Positions 39,297 to 49,281 of a DNA stretch of 63,855 nucleotides are shown here, in pieces. Numbering within the stretch: position 1 is the stretch's first letter; each line of letters starts with the position of its first letter. Position numbers and translations under genes: made by a program. Where the stretch lies: IMG/VR virus record IMGVR_UViG_3300044638_005305, positions 1 through 63,855 of that record, one strand, 5' to 3'. The notes under the pieces were generated by a model, which saw only the letters and a program-made list of their open reading frames with translations, was not told the origin of the DNA and made no database searches. The stretch is from a virus. Its lineage: Duplodnaviria; Caudoviricetes.

Positions 39297-40445
39297 TTAC
39301 CCGACTAATGAATCAAGTTCTCTAAGAAGTTGTACATCTGATTTAACGCTTCCGCCTTGAACAGCACCTTGATTTAATCTTGGTGGAGTTTCATTATGAA
39401 GATACTTTTTGTTTTGCTCGTTGATATATGAGGTTGCGTTATTAACCGCCCCTTGTACTATCTTGCTAAAATTGTCAATAATGAACTTGTTTTGTATGAC
39501 TTGTCTTACAAATTCTTGACCTTGAGCGTCCGTTGTCGCATTTGTCATGTATGGCAATTCGCTTTTCAAGAAAGATTCCATTTCAGCTTTATCTTTTGCT
39601 GTAACAGGAACTTTAATTGAAACCTCTTGCTCTCTTGGCGTTCCATCATAAGAAACATTGATTTTAGCCTTTGTTTCTATATGAGTAAAAGATTCTGTAA
39701 CCTTTTTTGCCAAGCCTGATTCCCATGCTTTAACTCTAACTTGCTCATTAGCTTGAACATCGGATTGTTGTCTTTCCGCAGGTGTTTGTAATGCAGTAAT
39801 CTTTAAGCCATCAAGTTCTTTCCTTGCAGCCTCCGCATCTTGCATCATTTTAAATGCACCCGCTTGTTTTTCCCTCTCCAAAAAGTCTTCACCTTGCTTG
39901 TACGTTTCTTCAAGAAAAGCCTGTCGTTGCTCTGCTGTTGCATTTGGGTACTTCAACTGCATCTGATAATCTAAAACTTGTAGGTCATCAGACTTGCTCA
40001 AATCCTTCATTGCAACATTAAAAATAACGTCCGGGCTTACACCCTTGTTGAACAATTCATCAAATAACTTTCCTTGTTCAGTTTTGTATGTGCTTTGCTC
40101 TGCCGTTTCCGTAGATTGTGATAGCTTTTGCTTTGCCGTTTCGAGGTCAATCCCAAACTCTTTGGAAAACCTTTCTTGAAACTTGCTATCAAAATCGTCA
40201 GTATTGTTTTCAGTTTGCGCTTGCACCGATGGCTGCGCTTCCGTTGGTGCATCCTGAATAACAAACTCTATCGGAGCATCAACCGTAGTTTGTTGTACAT
40301 TCTCTTGTGGCGTTTCCGTAACAGCAGGTTCAGTTGAAACAACTTCGGTTTCTACTGATTGCTGAACAGGCGTATCACTAAGGATGTTTTCCCATTCTGC
40401 TAATTGATTTGCTTCGCTTACATTTACTTGTTCTGCTTCTGGCAT
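39297..40445 (-). CDS. Scaffolding protein
   Basis: Acidic disordered N-terminus with helical body, between portal and capsid. Confidence 0.65.
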   Translation of the reverse strand: MPEAEQVNVSEANQLAEWENILSDTPVQQSVETEVVSTEPAVTETPQENVQQTTVDAPIEFVIQDAPTEAQPSVQAQTENNTDDFDSKFQERFSKEFGIDLETAKQKLSQSTETAEQSTYKTEQGKLFDELFNKGVSPDVIFNVAMKDLSKSDDLQVLDYQMQLKYPNATAEQRQAFLEETYKQGEDFLEREKQAGAFKMMQDAEAARKELDGLKITALQTPAERQQSDVQANEQVRVKAWESGLAKKVTESFTHIETKAKINVSYDGTPREQEVSIKVPVTAKDKAEMESFLKSELPYMTNATTDAQGQEFVRQVIQNKFIIDNFSKIVQGAVNNATSYINEQNKKYLHNETPPRLNQGAVQGGSVKSDVQLLRELDSLVG

Positions 40446-40512
40446 AAAGTTAATTTGTTGTTACAAAAATAATTATAGTATATCACTTAAACAAATTTTT
40501 TACCATTTATTT

Positions 40513-42903
40513 CTAAGTGGTTGTATTTGAATCAATTATAGCCTTGTGAGTGGCTTCATTTTTCTTCAAATCAGATTTTTGTTCGTTGATAATGTATTTT
40601 TCTTGCGCTTTTCCAGAGTTTTTCTGTGCATCTATTTGCGCTTCTGCTTGCAATAATGCTAAATCATTCTGCAATTGCTTATCCATTAACGCTACTTTTT
40701 GCTGGAATAAAGCATCATCTCTTTGCATATTGCCCTCTGATTGCGCTTGTATTGATTGTTGTTGCATTGCTGCTTGTCTTTGTAGGTTTCTCTTAACCAA
40801 ATAGCCAAATACTAATTGCGTTAATTTGAAATTTACGGGGCTATCAATAAGGTTGCAGATATAGAAGTAGTCATCATAATTTAAACCACCCTTAATAGGG
40901 TCTGATGTGTTTATTAATGCGGATTTTGCAGCTTCTTTTAATTCTGCCCTTTGCTCTATTGTTGGTCGCGCTTGTAGCATAAAGCCAAATGTATGTGGCG
41001 TAATTTCGCTACCAATTAGTCTAACTGATGCGCTACCGATGCTTTGTTCCAATACTGTTATATCGCCATATTTTACAAGTATCTGTAATTTTTGCGCTAT
41101 CTCCTCTGCCATTCTTGAACTTAGAAACGTAAGCGCGTAAACAAGTTGCGATAAAGCATTTTGTGTTCCTTGTACAGATAACCTTGCCACTCCCGATAAA
41201 GTCCTGTCGTTTTGCGTAGTTGCGTCTGTTGCTGCATTTAATCCAATAACTTCGCGCATCATATTGTAGTTATATGCTAAGTCATTGAGCCAATCTTGGT
41301 AATCTTTTCCAAGTCCGTTTTCTATTGTTTGGATGGGCTTATACCCAACCATATTATCGGGTTGTAAAAAGTTTCTTGATGCCCATACTAAATTACCCGT
41401 TTGGTCGTATATCTGAATAGCTTTATCCAATGTCATATCTTTGCTATCCACTTTTAGGTTAGCTAATGCCGATACGTCAATTGAATATCCTGTTGGTCTT
41501 GCGGATGCTTTTGCTGCTTGCATTTTTAACCATGCGAGGTTTGCCGCTTCATCAAATACCCTTAATCTGTCAATCATTGAAATATGGTCAACGACATAGT
41601 ATTTTAGCGGACACATAGCCAATTTGCTCTTTGACAGAGAACGCGCTTGATTTGGCACTTTCCCGTAGTCAAATACAATATCAGAGCCTATAATCCAATG
41701 CACTTGATGGTAAAAGTGAACGTCCGTTGCTTCTACTTTCTTTTTTGCCTTAAATTGTTTCCCTGCCGATTTTCTCGTTTCGTTGTATTCTGATTCGCCA
41801 ATAGGGGTACTTGGGTCAACCCACATCACCTTTTTGTCAAATTCTCTTTGCTTTGTTTCCGACTTTAATCTATCGGTTGCCTCAAAGTACAACTTAAACA
41901 CAGGCACATTATATGCCAATAAGGCATTAAATGTAGCATCTGTATTGTATATTGTGGTTTGTGGTGTTTGGTATGTAGGATTGCCAAATCGAGAAGAATA
42001 CCTTTGCGCGAGTTCCATTGCTTTCTCTGGCGTTATTTGCCCTTCGGGTGTAGATGCCATTAATTGAGCAACTGTTATAGTGTAGAAATATCCGCACATT
42101 TCAGGGTATTCCATAAAATGCCCTCTAAATTCAGGTAGCACAGCGTTTACTATATCTACATACCTCAACTCAACTCTGCCATCAATAGGATTTTGAACAG
42201 GGTCAACGCAAAACCTACCTAAATCAAAAGCGTCTTCTATAAGTAGCTTTTTAAGCATATCCCATCTATTGTCCTCCACTACATACTTAATTCCAAGTTC
42301 TATACTTGTTTCGTAGGCGTGCTTAAATTCTATGCCCATGTATAGGTCTAAATCCCTTTTAGTTTCAATCGGGATTTCTGTTTCAGCCTTTTGGTATAAT
42401 TGAACACCTGCGATAGATTCCATCATTTTTATCCACTCCGCTTGTTGCGTTTCAGCCCATATCTTATTCTTAATGGCTTCTTTTTCTGCTCCTGCTTCGG
42501 GGTTTATTGCTGTTGCCACAAAATCAAATTCCAATTCTTCGATTTTGCCTATCATAATATCTCGGAACTTTGACACTAACTTCAAACCCTCCCAATCAAG
42601 GTTTACTAAATTCACATCCGATTCGCCATCCTTTTTTTTGCCGTATGTTCCTTTTATCTTTTTAACAAGAGGCGCAATACTATTTCTGCCTGTTGCAATT
42701 AATCTATTTTGGATAAATTCTTGCCTACGCACATTTGTCATATAGCCATTTCCTGCATTTAAGCAGTTGTAATAAAAAGCTGCTTTTACTTGATTTAAGT
42801 AATAGTCTTTATCCTCTCCTGATGGAGAAACGGGTCTTTTAAAGAATTTATGCTTTGCTAAGTCCTCGTCTTTTGACAAGCCTTGAAGGTCTTTTAAATC
42901 CAT
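40513..42903 (-). CDS. Portal protein
   Basis: 796 aa; KFRDIMIGKI, ATAINP, MMREVIGLNAATDAT, Q-rich C-terminal coiled coil. Confidence 0.8.
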   Translation of the reverse strand: MDLKDLQGLSKDEDLAKHKFFKRPVSPSGEDKDYYLNQVKAAFYYNCLNAGNGYMTNVRRQEFIQNRLIATGRNSIAPLVKKIKGTYGKKKDGESDVNLVNLDWEGLKLVSKFRDIMIGKIEELEFDFVATAINPEAGAEKEAIKNKIWAETQQAEWIKMMESIAGVQLYQKAETEIPIETKRDLDLYMGIEFKHAYETSIELGIKYVVEDNRWDMLKKLLIEDAFDLGRFCVDPVQNPIDGRVELRYVDIVNAVLPEFRGHFMEYPEMCGYFYTITVAQLMASTPEGQITPEKAMELAQRYSSRFGNPTYQTPQTTIYNTDATFNALLAYNVPVFKLYFEATDRLKSETKQREFDKKVMWVDPSTPIGESEYNETRKSAGKQFKAKKKVEATDVHFYHQVHWIIGSDIVFDYGKVPNQARSLSKSKLAMCPLKYYVVDHISMIDRLRVFDEAANLAWLKMQAAKASARPTGYSIDVSALANLKVDSKDMTLDKAIQIYDQTGNLVWASRNFLQPDNMVGYKPIQTIENGLGKDYQDWLNDLAYNYNMMREVIGLNAATDATTQNDRTLSGVARLSVQGTQNALSQLVYALTFLSSRMAEEIAQKLQILVKYGDITVLEQSIGSASVRLIGSEITPHTFGFMLQARPTIEQRAELKEAAKSALINTSDPIKGGLNYDDYFYICNLIDSPVNFKLTQLVFGYLVKRNLQRQAAMQQQSIQAQSEGNMQRDDALFQQKVALMDKQLQNDLALLQAEAQIDAQKNSGKAQEKYIINEQKSDLKKNEATHKAIIDSNTTT

Positions 42904-42924
42904 CAGATATGTAGTTAATTACCA

Positions 42925-42979
42925 CAAAAGTAAAATATTTTAGTTAAAGTATTACTTTAAGTATTTTTTTTTACCTTTG
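42925..42979. promoter_or_regulatory. Divergent promoters with a central 17-bp palindrome
   Basis: TACTTTTG (minus, 42925-42932), TACCTTTG (plus, 42972-42979), TTAAAGTATTACTTTAA at 42944-42960. Confidence 0.6.
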
Positions 42980-43012
42980 TATCTAAATTTACAGAATCTT
43001 AAAAATAAGAAA

Positions 43013-43522
43013 ATGGCAAACAAAATTTCTCTTTATGGTCTAATCTCCGTTAATGGAGTTTACGCTACACCATCAGCGCAAGGCGACAGCAATCCTACTG
43101 CTATTGACCTTACATCTGAAAAAATTGCTTATGTATCTGTGGTTAAAGCCGTTACTCAAAGCGGTGCAACCGTTGATGCGTTTGAAATTGTATGCAGCAA
43201 CCTTAAAGGCGCAACACCTGACAAATACCTTTTGAAAGTAACTTCCAATTGCGCAACTATTGATGCGTTTTTTACAGGACTTTCTACTGTAACGTCTGAT
43301 ACTACTTTTACAAAATACACAAGCGTATTGAGCATTGGTGGTTCTGCTATCCAAACGCCAAAGTCGGTTATCATAAACGACTTGCACACAAAAAACAGAA
43401 GATATGTTCCACAAAGAGGAACTATTGTTTTTGTTGACATTCACAATGCCTACCAAGCATTAGAATTTGTGTTTTCTGGCGACCAGACAGTAGCAGGAAA
43501 TTATACTTACTTCCCCGCTTAA
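43013..43522 (+). CDS. Hypothetical (probably structural) protein
   Basis: Own promoter and terminator; beta-rich. Confidence 0.65.
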   Translation: MANKISLYGLISVNGVYATPSAQGDSNPTAIDLTSEKIAYVSVVKAVTQSGATVDAFEIVCSNLKGATPDKYLLKVTSNCATIDAFFTGLSTVTSDTTFTKYTSVLSIGGSAIQTPKSVIINDLHTKNRRYVPQRGTIVFVDIHNAYQALEFVFSGDQTVAGNYTYFPA

Positions 43523-43545
43523 TAAAGCGTAGAAATAAATCAGTC

Positions 43546-43573
43546 AGCGCATCTCAAATCGAATGCGCTTTTT
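43546..43573 (+). terminator. Intrinsic terminator
   Basis: AGCGCAT/ATGCGCT hairpin plus T-run. Confidence 0.55.
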
Positions 43574-43589
43574 CTGTTTAAATTATATT

Positions 43590-45767
43590 ATGCTGAAAAC
43601 AAAGTTTAGCGGATACCAAGATGCAGAAACGAAAATAACGCTCTGCAAGGATATTGAATTGATATATCCTTATGATATTACACTTCCCGACCCACCGCCT
43701 GCCGAGCAAATAATAAATTTTGGACTTCCAATTGAAGAGCAATATTTTAAACGAATAGAGCAGCCAAAAGGGCTTATTGACTTATGCAAACTTGATGATG
43801 TCAATGTAGCCAAAGCAAGATTAAAAGCAAATGATGATTTAGCTTACTTTGTAGATTCTGTTTGGGATTTATGGGAAACGGGACAATGGCAATACATAAG
43901 AGGCGTTCCAACCTATATTACTGGCGATTACCTTATGTATCTTTCGTTTAATAGAATTGACGTGGGGCTACCCGCTTACAGAAGTTGGGATAAAGATAAA
44001 TTTCAATGGTGGGAGTTTGCTGTAAAAAACAATCCTTATTGTTTCGGAGGTATAGAAATGACAAGAAGGCGCGTAGGTAAATCTTATATCGCAGGGTTTT
44101 TGGCTAATTCATCCACAATCAGAAATAAAAATCGCAACGCAGGACTACAATCTAAAGACGACCAATCGGCAGGCGTCTTTTTTAAAACAAGCGTTAGGAA
44201 TCCATTAAAGTCTTTCCCTTTCTATTTAAGACCGCAAACAAGCACCAATTTCAACACTAAGGGCAATAAGATAGAGTTTGATATGCCCGATGCTTCATTT
44301 AGCGCAAATGAGCTTGATTCTTGGATTGAATATGGTACATCTGAAAGCAAGTTCTTTGATGGTCGAAAATTACATTATTACGCTAATGATGAGTGTGGTA
44401 AAAATACCAACGCCAATGTTTATGAAACGCTTGAAATAGTTAGACCATGTCTAACAGAAGATGAAGCGATTATCGGAAAGTGTTTATTTACATCTACCGT
44501 TGAGGAAATGGAGAAAAAAGGGGGCGCTAACTTTAAGCGTATATGGGATGATAGCGACAGAAATCCTAAAAATCCACCCGATTTACTAAAAATAGACGAG
44601 AATGGTCGTACAATTTCAGGTTTATACCAATGGTTTACGCCTGCCACTCACAACTATATTTGCGACCAATATGGAAACGCTATTATTAACGCTCCCAAAG
44701 AATACCAAGTAGAGTATCGAATCGAATATCTTAAAAAGCTGAATCTTAATACCGATGAAGCGTATAAAGGCGGGAAAGAGCTTGTTGATGAAAGAATTAA
44801 TAAACAACCGCAAGGGAGTAAAAGGCAATCTGAAATCAGAAAGTATCCGCGCGGTATTAGAGAAGCATTCCGTTCATCAAATACCGAGTGCCATTTCAAT
44901 ATCGAAATCCTTAATAAGCGACTTGATGACTTTATCTATGGCGACAATCCGCATATTGCTTACTATAATTTAGAGTGGAAAGATGACATTGAAGGTGGTA
45001 TGGTAGACGGCAAATGGGTGGATAGCGAAGTAATAGCTAAAGCTGCCACAGAAGCTACTGGTAAATTTAAAATAGCATGGCTGCCATTAGCCGATTACCG
45101 AAATCGCTTTGAAATGAAATATGGTGAGCGTTGTCCTAAGTTCTCTTACTTAGGTTGCGCAGGTAGCGATACATTCAAATTTGACCGAGTAGTTGATGAT
45201 TCGCGCAAATCTATGGGAACGGGATATGTTTATTGGGGATTTGACCCTAATGTAGATGCGGGTGTTATGAATGATGCCAATTGGACTACTGCCGACTATG
45301 TTTGCGAATACATAAACCGACCACCTACCGTTGAGAAATATTGCGAGGATATGCTTAAAATGTGCATTTTCTATTCGGTAGAAATGTACCCGGAGTATAA
45401 CGTTGACCATGTTACCAAGTGGTTTATCAAAAGGGGGTATGCCGGATACTTAAAGTTTGGTACAAAAACAAAAAAGAAGAATGGCGTAATTGTAGAAGAA
45501 GAAAATATCCAAGCAGGAGCGCATACTACCGAAAGAATGAAGCCTACAATTTTTAAGGCTATGACGCGATATGTCGAAACAACCGCTTTTAGATGCAGGT
45601 TTCCAAGATTACTTGAAGATTTAAGAGATGTAGATTACCACGATTTAACCCCATACGACAGCTTTATGGGCGCAGCATATGCAATTATGGGTTATCATGA
45701 AGGGATTGATAAAAAGCCTACTTCTGATGAAAAGGTGGATATTGGAAACTTTTTGCGTTCTTATTAA
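43590..45767 (+). CDS. terL: Terminase large subunit
   Basis: Walker A RRRVGKS, Walker B YANDECGK, FTST coupling motif, nuclease GSD...D. Confidence 0.92.
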   Translation: MLKTKFSGYQDAETKITLCKDIELIYPYDITLPDPPPAEQIINFGLPIEEQYFKRIEQPKGLIDLCKLDDVNVAKARLKANDDLAYFVDSVWDLWETGQWQYIRGVPTYITGDYLMYLSFNRIDVGLPAYRSWDKDKFQWWEFAVKNNPYCFGGIEMTRRRVGKSYIAGFLANSSTIRNKNRNAGLQSKDDQSAGVFFKTSVRNPLKSFPFYLRPQTSTNFNTKGNKIEFDMPDASFSANELDSWIEYGTSESKFFDGRKLHYYANDECGKNTNANVYETLEIVRPCLTEDEAIIGKCLFTSTVEEMEKKGGANFKRIWDDSDRNPKNPPDLLKIDENGRTISGLYQWFTPATHNYICDQYGNAIINAPKEYQVEYRIEYLKKLNLNTDEAYKGGKELVDERINKQPQGSKRQSEIRKYPRGIREAFRSSNTECHFNIEILNKRLDDFIYGDNPHIAYYNLEWKDDIEGGMVDGKWVDSEVIAKAATEATGKFKIAWLPLADYRNRFEMKYGERCPKFSYLGCAGSDTFKFDRVVDDSRKSMGTGYVYWGFDPNVDAGVMNDANWTTADYVCEYINRPPTVEKYCEDMLKMCIFYSVEMYPEYNVDHVTKWFIKRGYAGYLKFGTKTKKKNGVIVEEENIQAGAHTTERMKPTIFKAMTRYVETTAFRCRFPRLLEDLRDVDYHDLTPYDSFMGAAYAIMGYHEGIDKKPTSDEKVDIGNFLRSY

Positions 45768-46189
45768 TTTCCTCTATTGACAATATTGAGATTTATCCAA
45801 TACTTACCTATCTGTTCGCTTTTGGCTAATATGTTTGAATTGCATAATTCTTTTACACCTCTGCTAAATCTTGTCCGACTTATTTTGTATTCTTTTTCGT
45901 ATCCTTCACTCCAACTTAGCCAAATATAGCTTTTTCCATAATCCATCTCATTAACAAGTATGATGAACATTATTATCCCAGCAGAATTTAGAGATGCAAG
46001 GCAAGTCATTTCTTCTACATAAAACTTGACAAATTTCTTTTTGTCATACCTTTCCTCTCTTTTGATAAATACATTATCCCTTATTAATTCGCCCTCATTG
46101 GTAACGCCACTAACACCTTCTACGGAAACGTATCTGCTTCTTGTTCCAATATATCGTTCTCTGTCAAAAGGGCTTTCTTTGTGCTTCAT
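45764..46189 (-). CDS. RepL-like winged-helix replication protein
   Basis: KFVKFY, SRTRFSRGVKEL...ILAK...GKYWIN. Confidence 0.55.
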   Translation of the reverse strand: MKHKESPFDRERYIGTRSRYVSVEGVSGVTNEGELIRDNVFIKREERYDKKKFVKFYVEEMTCLASLNSAGIIMFIILVNEMDYGKSYIWLSWSEGYEKEYKISRTRFSRGVKELCNSNILAKSEQIGKYWINLNIVNRGN

Positions 46190-46202
46190 AAGTAGTTAAG
46201 TA

Positions 46203-46326
46203 TGTTGGGATTTGCCAACAATGTAGATTAGTTTACAGGAATAATGTCGGGGAATATCAACATTTGCAAAAACGCAATCTTTGATTATCAATGATTTATG
46301 TCAAAACTTCTCTTAGCCAGTAGTTA
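46203..46326 (+). other. Composite attI/attP-like cassette docking site A
   Basis: TGTTGG-N6-CCAACA (46203), TGTCGG-N6-TCAACA (46245), IHF consensus TATCAATGATTTA (46286), core TTCTCTTAGCCAGTAG|TTA. Confidence 0.75.
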
Positions 46327-46536
46327 TGAGAAATGTTTTGTCAGAGTATCCTCCAACAATTCTATTGCGGTTTCTAATCCACTTTCCATACCATCTCTCC
46401 ATCTTGCTTCACCATCATCAAATGATTGTGTCAGTTGCCTACTTCTTTCAAGTTGGCTTCGTAAATCTACCAAAACACTTCTCATAACAACAGGTTGTTG
46501 CAATGCGGTTTCGGTACTATGTGTTACATCTTCCAT
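46324..46536 (-). CDS. Cassette-encoded hypothetical protein
   Basis: Starts in the attC loop; the stop is the TTA of the core site. Confidence 0.7.
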   Translation of the reverse strand: MEDVTHSTETALQQPVVMRSVLVDLRSQLERSRQLTQSFDDGEARWRDGMESGLETAIELLEDTLTKHFS

Positions 46537-46605
46537 TTTATTTAGTTTTATCTGTTAATAATAGTTTAGTTCATTTAATCCGCACTGACAACAACCTGCG
46601 GTACG
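46324..46605 (+). mobile_element. Gene cassette A1 with attC-like hairpin (46482-46611)
   Basis: Start GTTATGAGAAATGTTTTG is complementary to CAAAACACTTCTCATAAC (46471-46488); arms CAGGTTGTTGCAATGCGG / CCGCACTGACAACAACCTG; closing GTTA at 46605. Confidence 0.8.
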
Positions 46606-46615
46606 TTACAGCCCC

Positions 46616-46852
46616 CTAAAACCCAACATCATACTTGATGCCATGCTTCTCAAACACTTGCTTCATCTTCTCCACAGATACGCCATTAAATCTTATTGGA
46701 CTACTTACCACTTCCTCCTGACACTTCATTAAGTCATCAAGCATTTCGCATTGATGCTTTAATACAATCCCAATAGCTAAATCAGAAAACGCTTCTTTAG
46801 GCATTTCCTCTTTACTTGCAATAGCAAACAAGTTGGCTAATTCCTCTTTCAT
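46616..46852 (-). CDS. Hypothetical protein
   Basis: ATGA-coupled ORF. Confidence 0.65.
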   Translation of the reverse strand: MKEELANLFAIASKEEMPKEAFSDLAIGIVLKHQCEMLDDLMKCQEEVVSSPIRFNGVSVEKMKQVFEKHGIKYDVGF

Positions 46853-47151
46853 GATTCTTTGTTTATGTAGTTATCTAATCGAGTAATTTTACTTTCCTTA
46901 ATCTCATCTACACTCCTATCCAACCCATGAAGCATCAGCCTTAACTGACTACACATTATCTCTACATCAGCTACCTCCTCTGCTATATTTCCCATCCCAA
47001 TAGACGGATTCCTTCTCCACTTATTAATGGCTTGTATCAATTCAGCACATTCCTCTATCGCCATATCCATTTGCGCTCGAACACCAAACTTAAAAATAGC
47101 TTTCTTGTAAATTGTTTCGGAACTATTTTTCATGCCATTTGGTTTTCTCAA
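46849..47151 (-). CDS. MazG-like nucleotide pyrophosphohydrolase
   Basis: AIEECAELIQAINK...IAEEVADVEIM. Confidence 0.85.
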   Translation of the reverse strand: MRKPNGMKNSSETIYKKAIFKFGVRAQMDMAIEECAELIQAINKWRRNPSIGMGNIAEEVADVEIMCSQLRLMLHGLDRSVDEIKESKITRLDNYINKES

Positions 47152-47951
47152 AACAAAGATAATGACTTAACCCAAATAAACAACTAAAATTGCGGAATTT
47201 GTCAAAATAATTGCAGAATCCGCAATTCGTTTCTAATGATACCAACGCTTTGAGGTACGCTATATCTTAGAGTGTATTAAGATTGACCACTTTTACCCTA
47301 TTCCAATCCCATTTTGTCCTTCTTTCCCCCTCCAACACACCCTCATTTTACACCCCTCTACCATGCAATTTACACCCTATTTCTGTTAAGTATTGTTAAT
47401 GATAAGTATTTTAACAATTTTCCTTTAGTTAGCCATATCAACAATTTACCCAATCCCTTGCGCAATCTACATCTTAGCTGTTTTTATGTAAGCAATTTGG
47501 TCGTGCTGATGTGATGGTTACCTTTTACCCCACCCCCTCCATTTTTTTTGGCAAGCCCGTTTTTTTTGCGCCCCCTCCCTCTCGAATTTAATGGATTCCT
47601 TAAAGTTCCGGTTCAATTTATAAACCTGATGCAGCGCGTGCATAATCTAATATAATTCTAATAGAATTAATACATACTAATGTTGGCGCGTGTCTTGTGG
47701 TTTATGTGTTTATTTTGTAGTGTATCAATCTATTTATTGTATGTTATAACATCTATTCTACTGCATCAAGGTAGGATAAGTATGCGCAACATATTATAAT
47801 TTAGTTTAAATTAAACTAATTAGCGAAATTTCGTTGGATACATAATTTACTTATGCTTCTGGTGAAGCAATTATCCAACAACAAACATTTACAAATTGAT
47901 TTTTTGATTAACTTAGCATTAACGCGCGCGGGCGTATGTCGAACAGGTTAT

Positions 47952-48293
47952 ATGAGTAGAACAGAATTGAATCAAAGTTTAACGGGCGGATATTGCTTGT
48001 ATTTAGTTCGCAGGAAGTTCCCGCAGCTTAGTTGGTTCGGATGCTCAATTTGCGCTTTAATTGGCATTTATGGGCGCTGTACGGCAAAGGTTGCAAGTGA
48101 GCTAACGGGCAACAAAGGAGCGCGAAATAAATTATCTAAATTAGTTGATTCTGGATATATTATAAAGCGGTCAAACTTCTATTATTTAGATAATAAGGGG
48201 CGCGAAGTGTTTAATGAGTATTTTAGCTTGTATAATAGCCGGATGCAAGCAATCAACAAACATTTAGCTGATGAAGTACTAAAGGAGCTTTGA
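47952..48293 (+). CDS. Winged-helix protein
   Basis: LSKLVDSGYIIKR...YYLDNKGRE. Confidence 0.55.
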   Translation: MSRTELNQSLTGGYCLYLVRRKFPQLSWFGCSICALIGIYGRCTAKVASELTGNKGARNKLSKLVDSGYIIKRSNFYYLDNKGREVFNEYFSLYNSRMQAINKHLADEVLKEL

Positions 48294-48553
48294 TAGCCAT
48301 GTACTAAAGGAACGCCAATTTTATCTAATTGGCTGTATTAAGGAATTTTTTTTTAGATTATTTGGGCGGAAATTGCTTAATTTTCATGCTGCTATTTTTG
48401 TGCTATTTATTAGCTATGATTATAACTATTTATTTCTTTTAACTTTTTTTAACATTAGCTTATATCCTTTGGTATTACTACGTTTCATAAATTAGTCTTG
48501 CCTAATTTCATGCTATTTACTTTTTCAATGTTTGTATGTTTGGTTTATGTTTC

Positions 48554-48561
48554 TACCTTTG
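48554..48561 (+). promoter_or_regulatory. Early-region promoter -7 box
   Basis: TACCTTTG about 50 bp before ardA. Confidence 0.55.
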
Positions 48562-48609
48562 ATTTCAGATAGCGCAATTGCTATCAATTAAACCACTAAA
48601 ATAAACAAC

Positions 48610-49182
48610 ATGAAAACGACAACAACAGGCACAGCGCCACAACTATTTTTAACTGATTATGCAAGTTATAACAACGGCAGCCAGTTTGAGTTTGGGCATT
48701 GGGTTGATTTAACGCAATTTTCAGACGCGGACGAGCTTATGGAATACATAGAAACACACTTCGCGGAATGTGACGAAAAAAGCCCGCTCGATAGCCCACG
48801 CGAGGAAATTATGTTCACAGACTTTGAAGGTTTCCCGAAGTGTTTTTATTCAGAAAGTATGGATACGGATACAATGGAAAAACTTTTTGAATTTATAGGC
48901 ATGGATGAGGACGATAGAAAGTTAATTGAAATGTACGCGGACGCAACAGGATACGATATTTCAGATATTGAACTTTCGCACGCGCAAAATAATTTTCATG
49001 GCACAGCGGACAGCGAAGCGGAATTCGCGGAACGTATGGCGGAGGAATGTGGCGAAATTCCAAAGGATATTCCGGCATGGATAGTAATAGACTGGGAAGC
49101 GTCTTGGAACTGTAATTTGCGCCATGATTATATGACAGCAACAGACGAGGACGGAACGATATATTTTTTCCTTAATCATTAA
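48610..49182 (+). CDS. ardA: Antirestriction protein ArdA
   Basis: YASYNNGS..GHWVDL, EEIMFTDFEGFP, FHGTADSEAEFA, IDWE; highly acidic DNA mimic. Confidence 0.88.
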   Translation: MKTTTTGTAPQLFLTDYASYNNGSQFEFGHWVDLTQFSDADELMEYIETHFAECDEKSPLDSPREEIMFTDFEGFPKCFYSESMDTDTMEKLFEFIGMDEDDRKLIEMYADATGYDISDIELSHAQNNFHGTADSEAEFAERMAEECGEIPKDIPAWIVIDWEASWNCNLRHDYMTATDEDGTIYFFLNH

Positions 49183-49281
49183 AACCATCCGCGCTCCTTT
49201 AGTGGTATGCATCGAATGCAGGCGCGGAGCTAATTTATAAACCAAATGACAGGCGCAGTCAATAACAGGCGTAAAACCAAT

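Noticed and set aside
15737-42745. Numerous plus-strand ORFs in the track opposite the virion genes
   Set aside because: Antisense shadows of long minus-strand genes with no recognisable motifs
47630-47860. Canonical dif site (CATAA...TTATG-like stretches)
   Set aside because: Spacer length or the XerD arm does not fit 11-6-11 with TTATGTTAAAT
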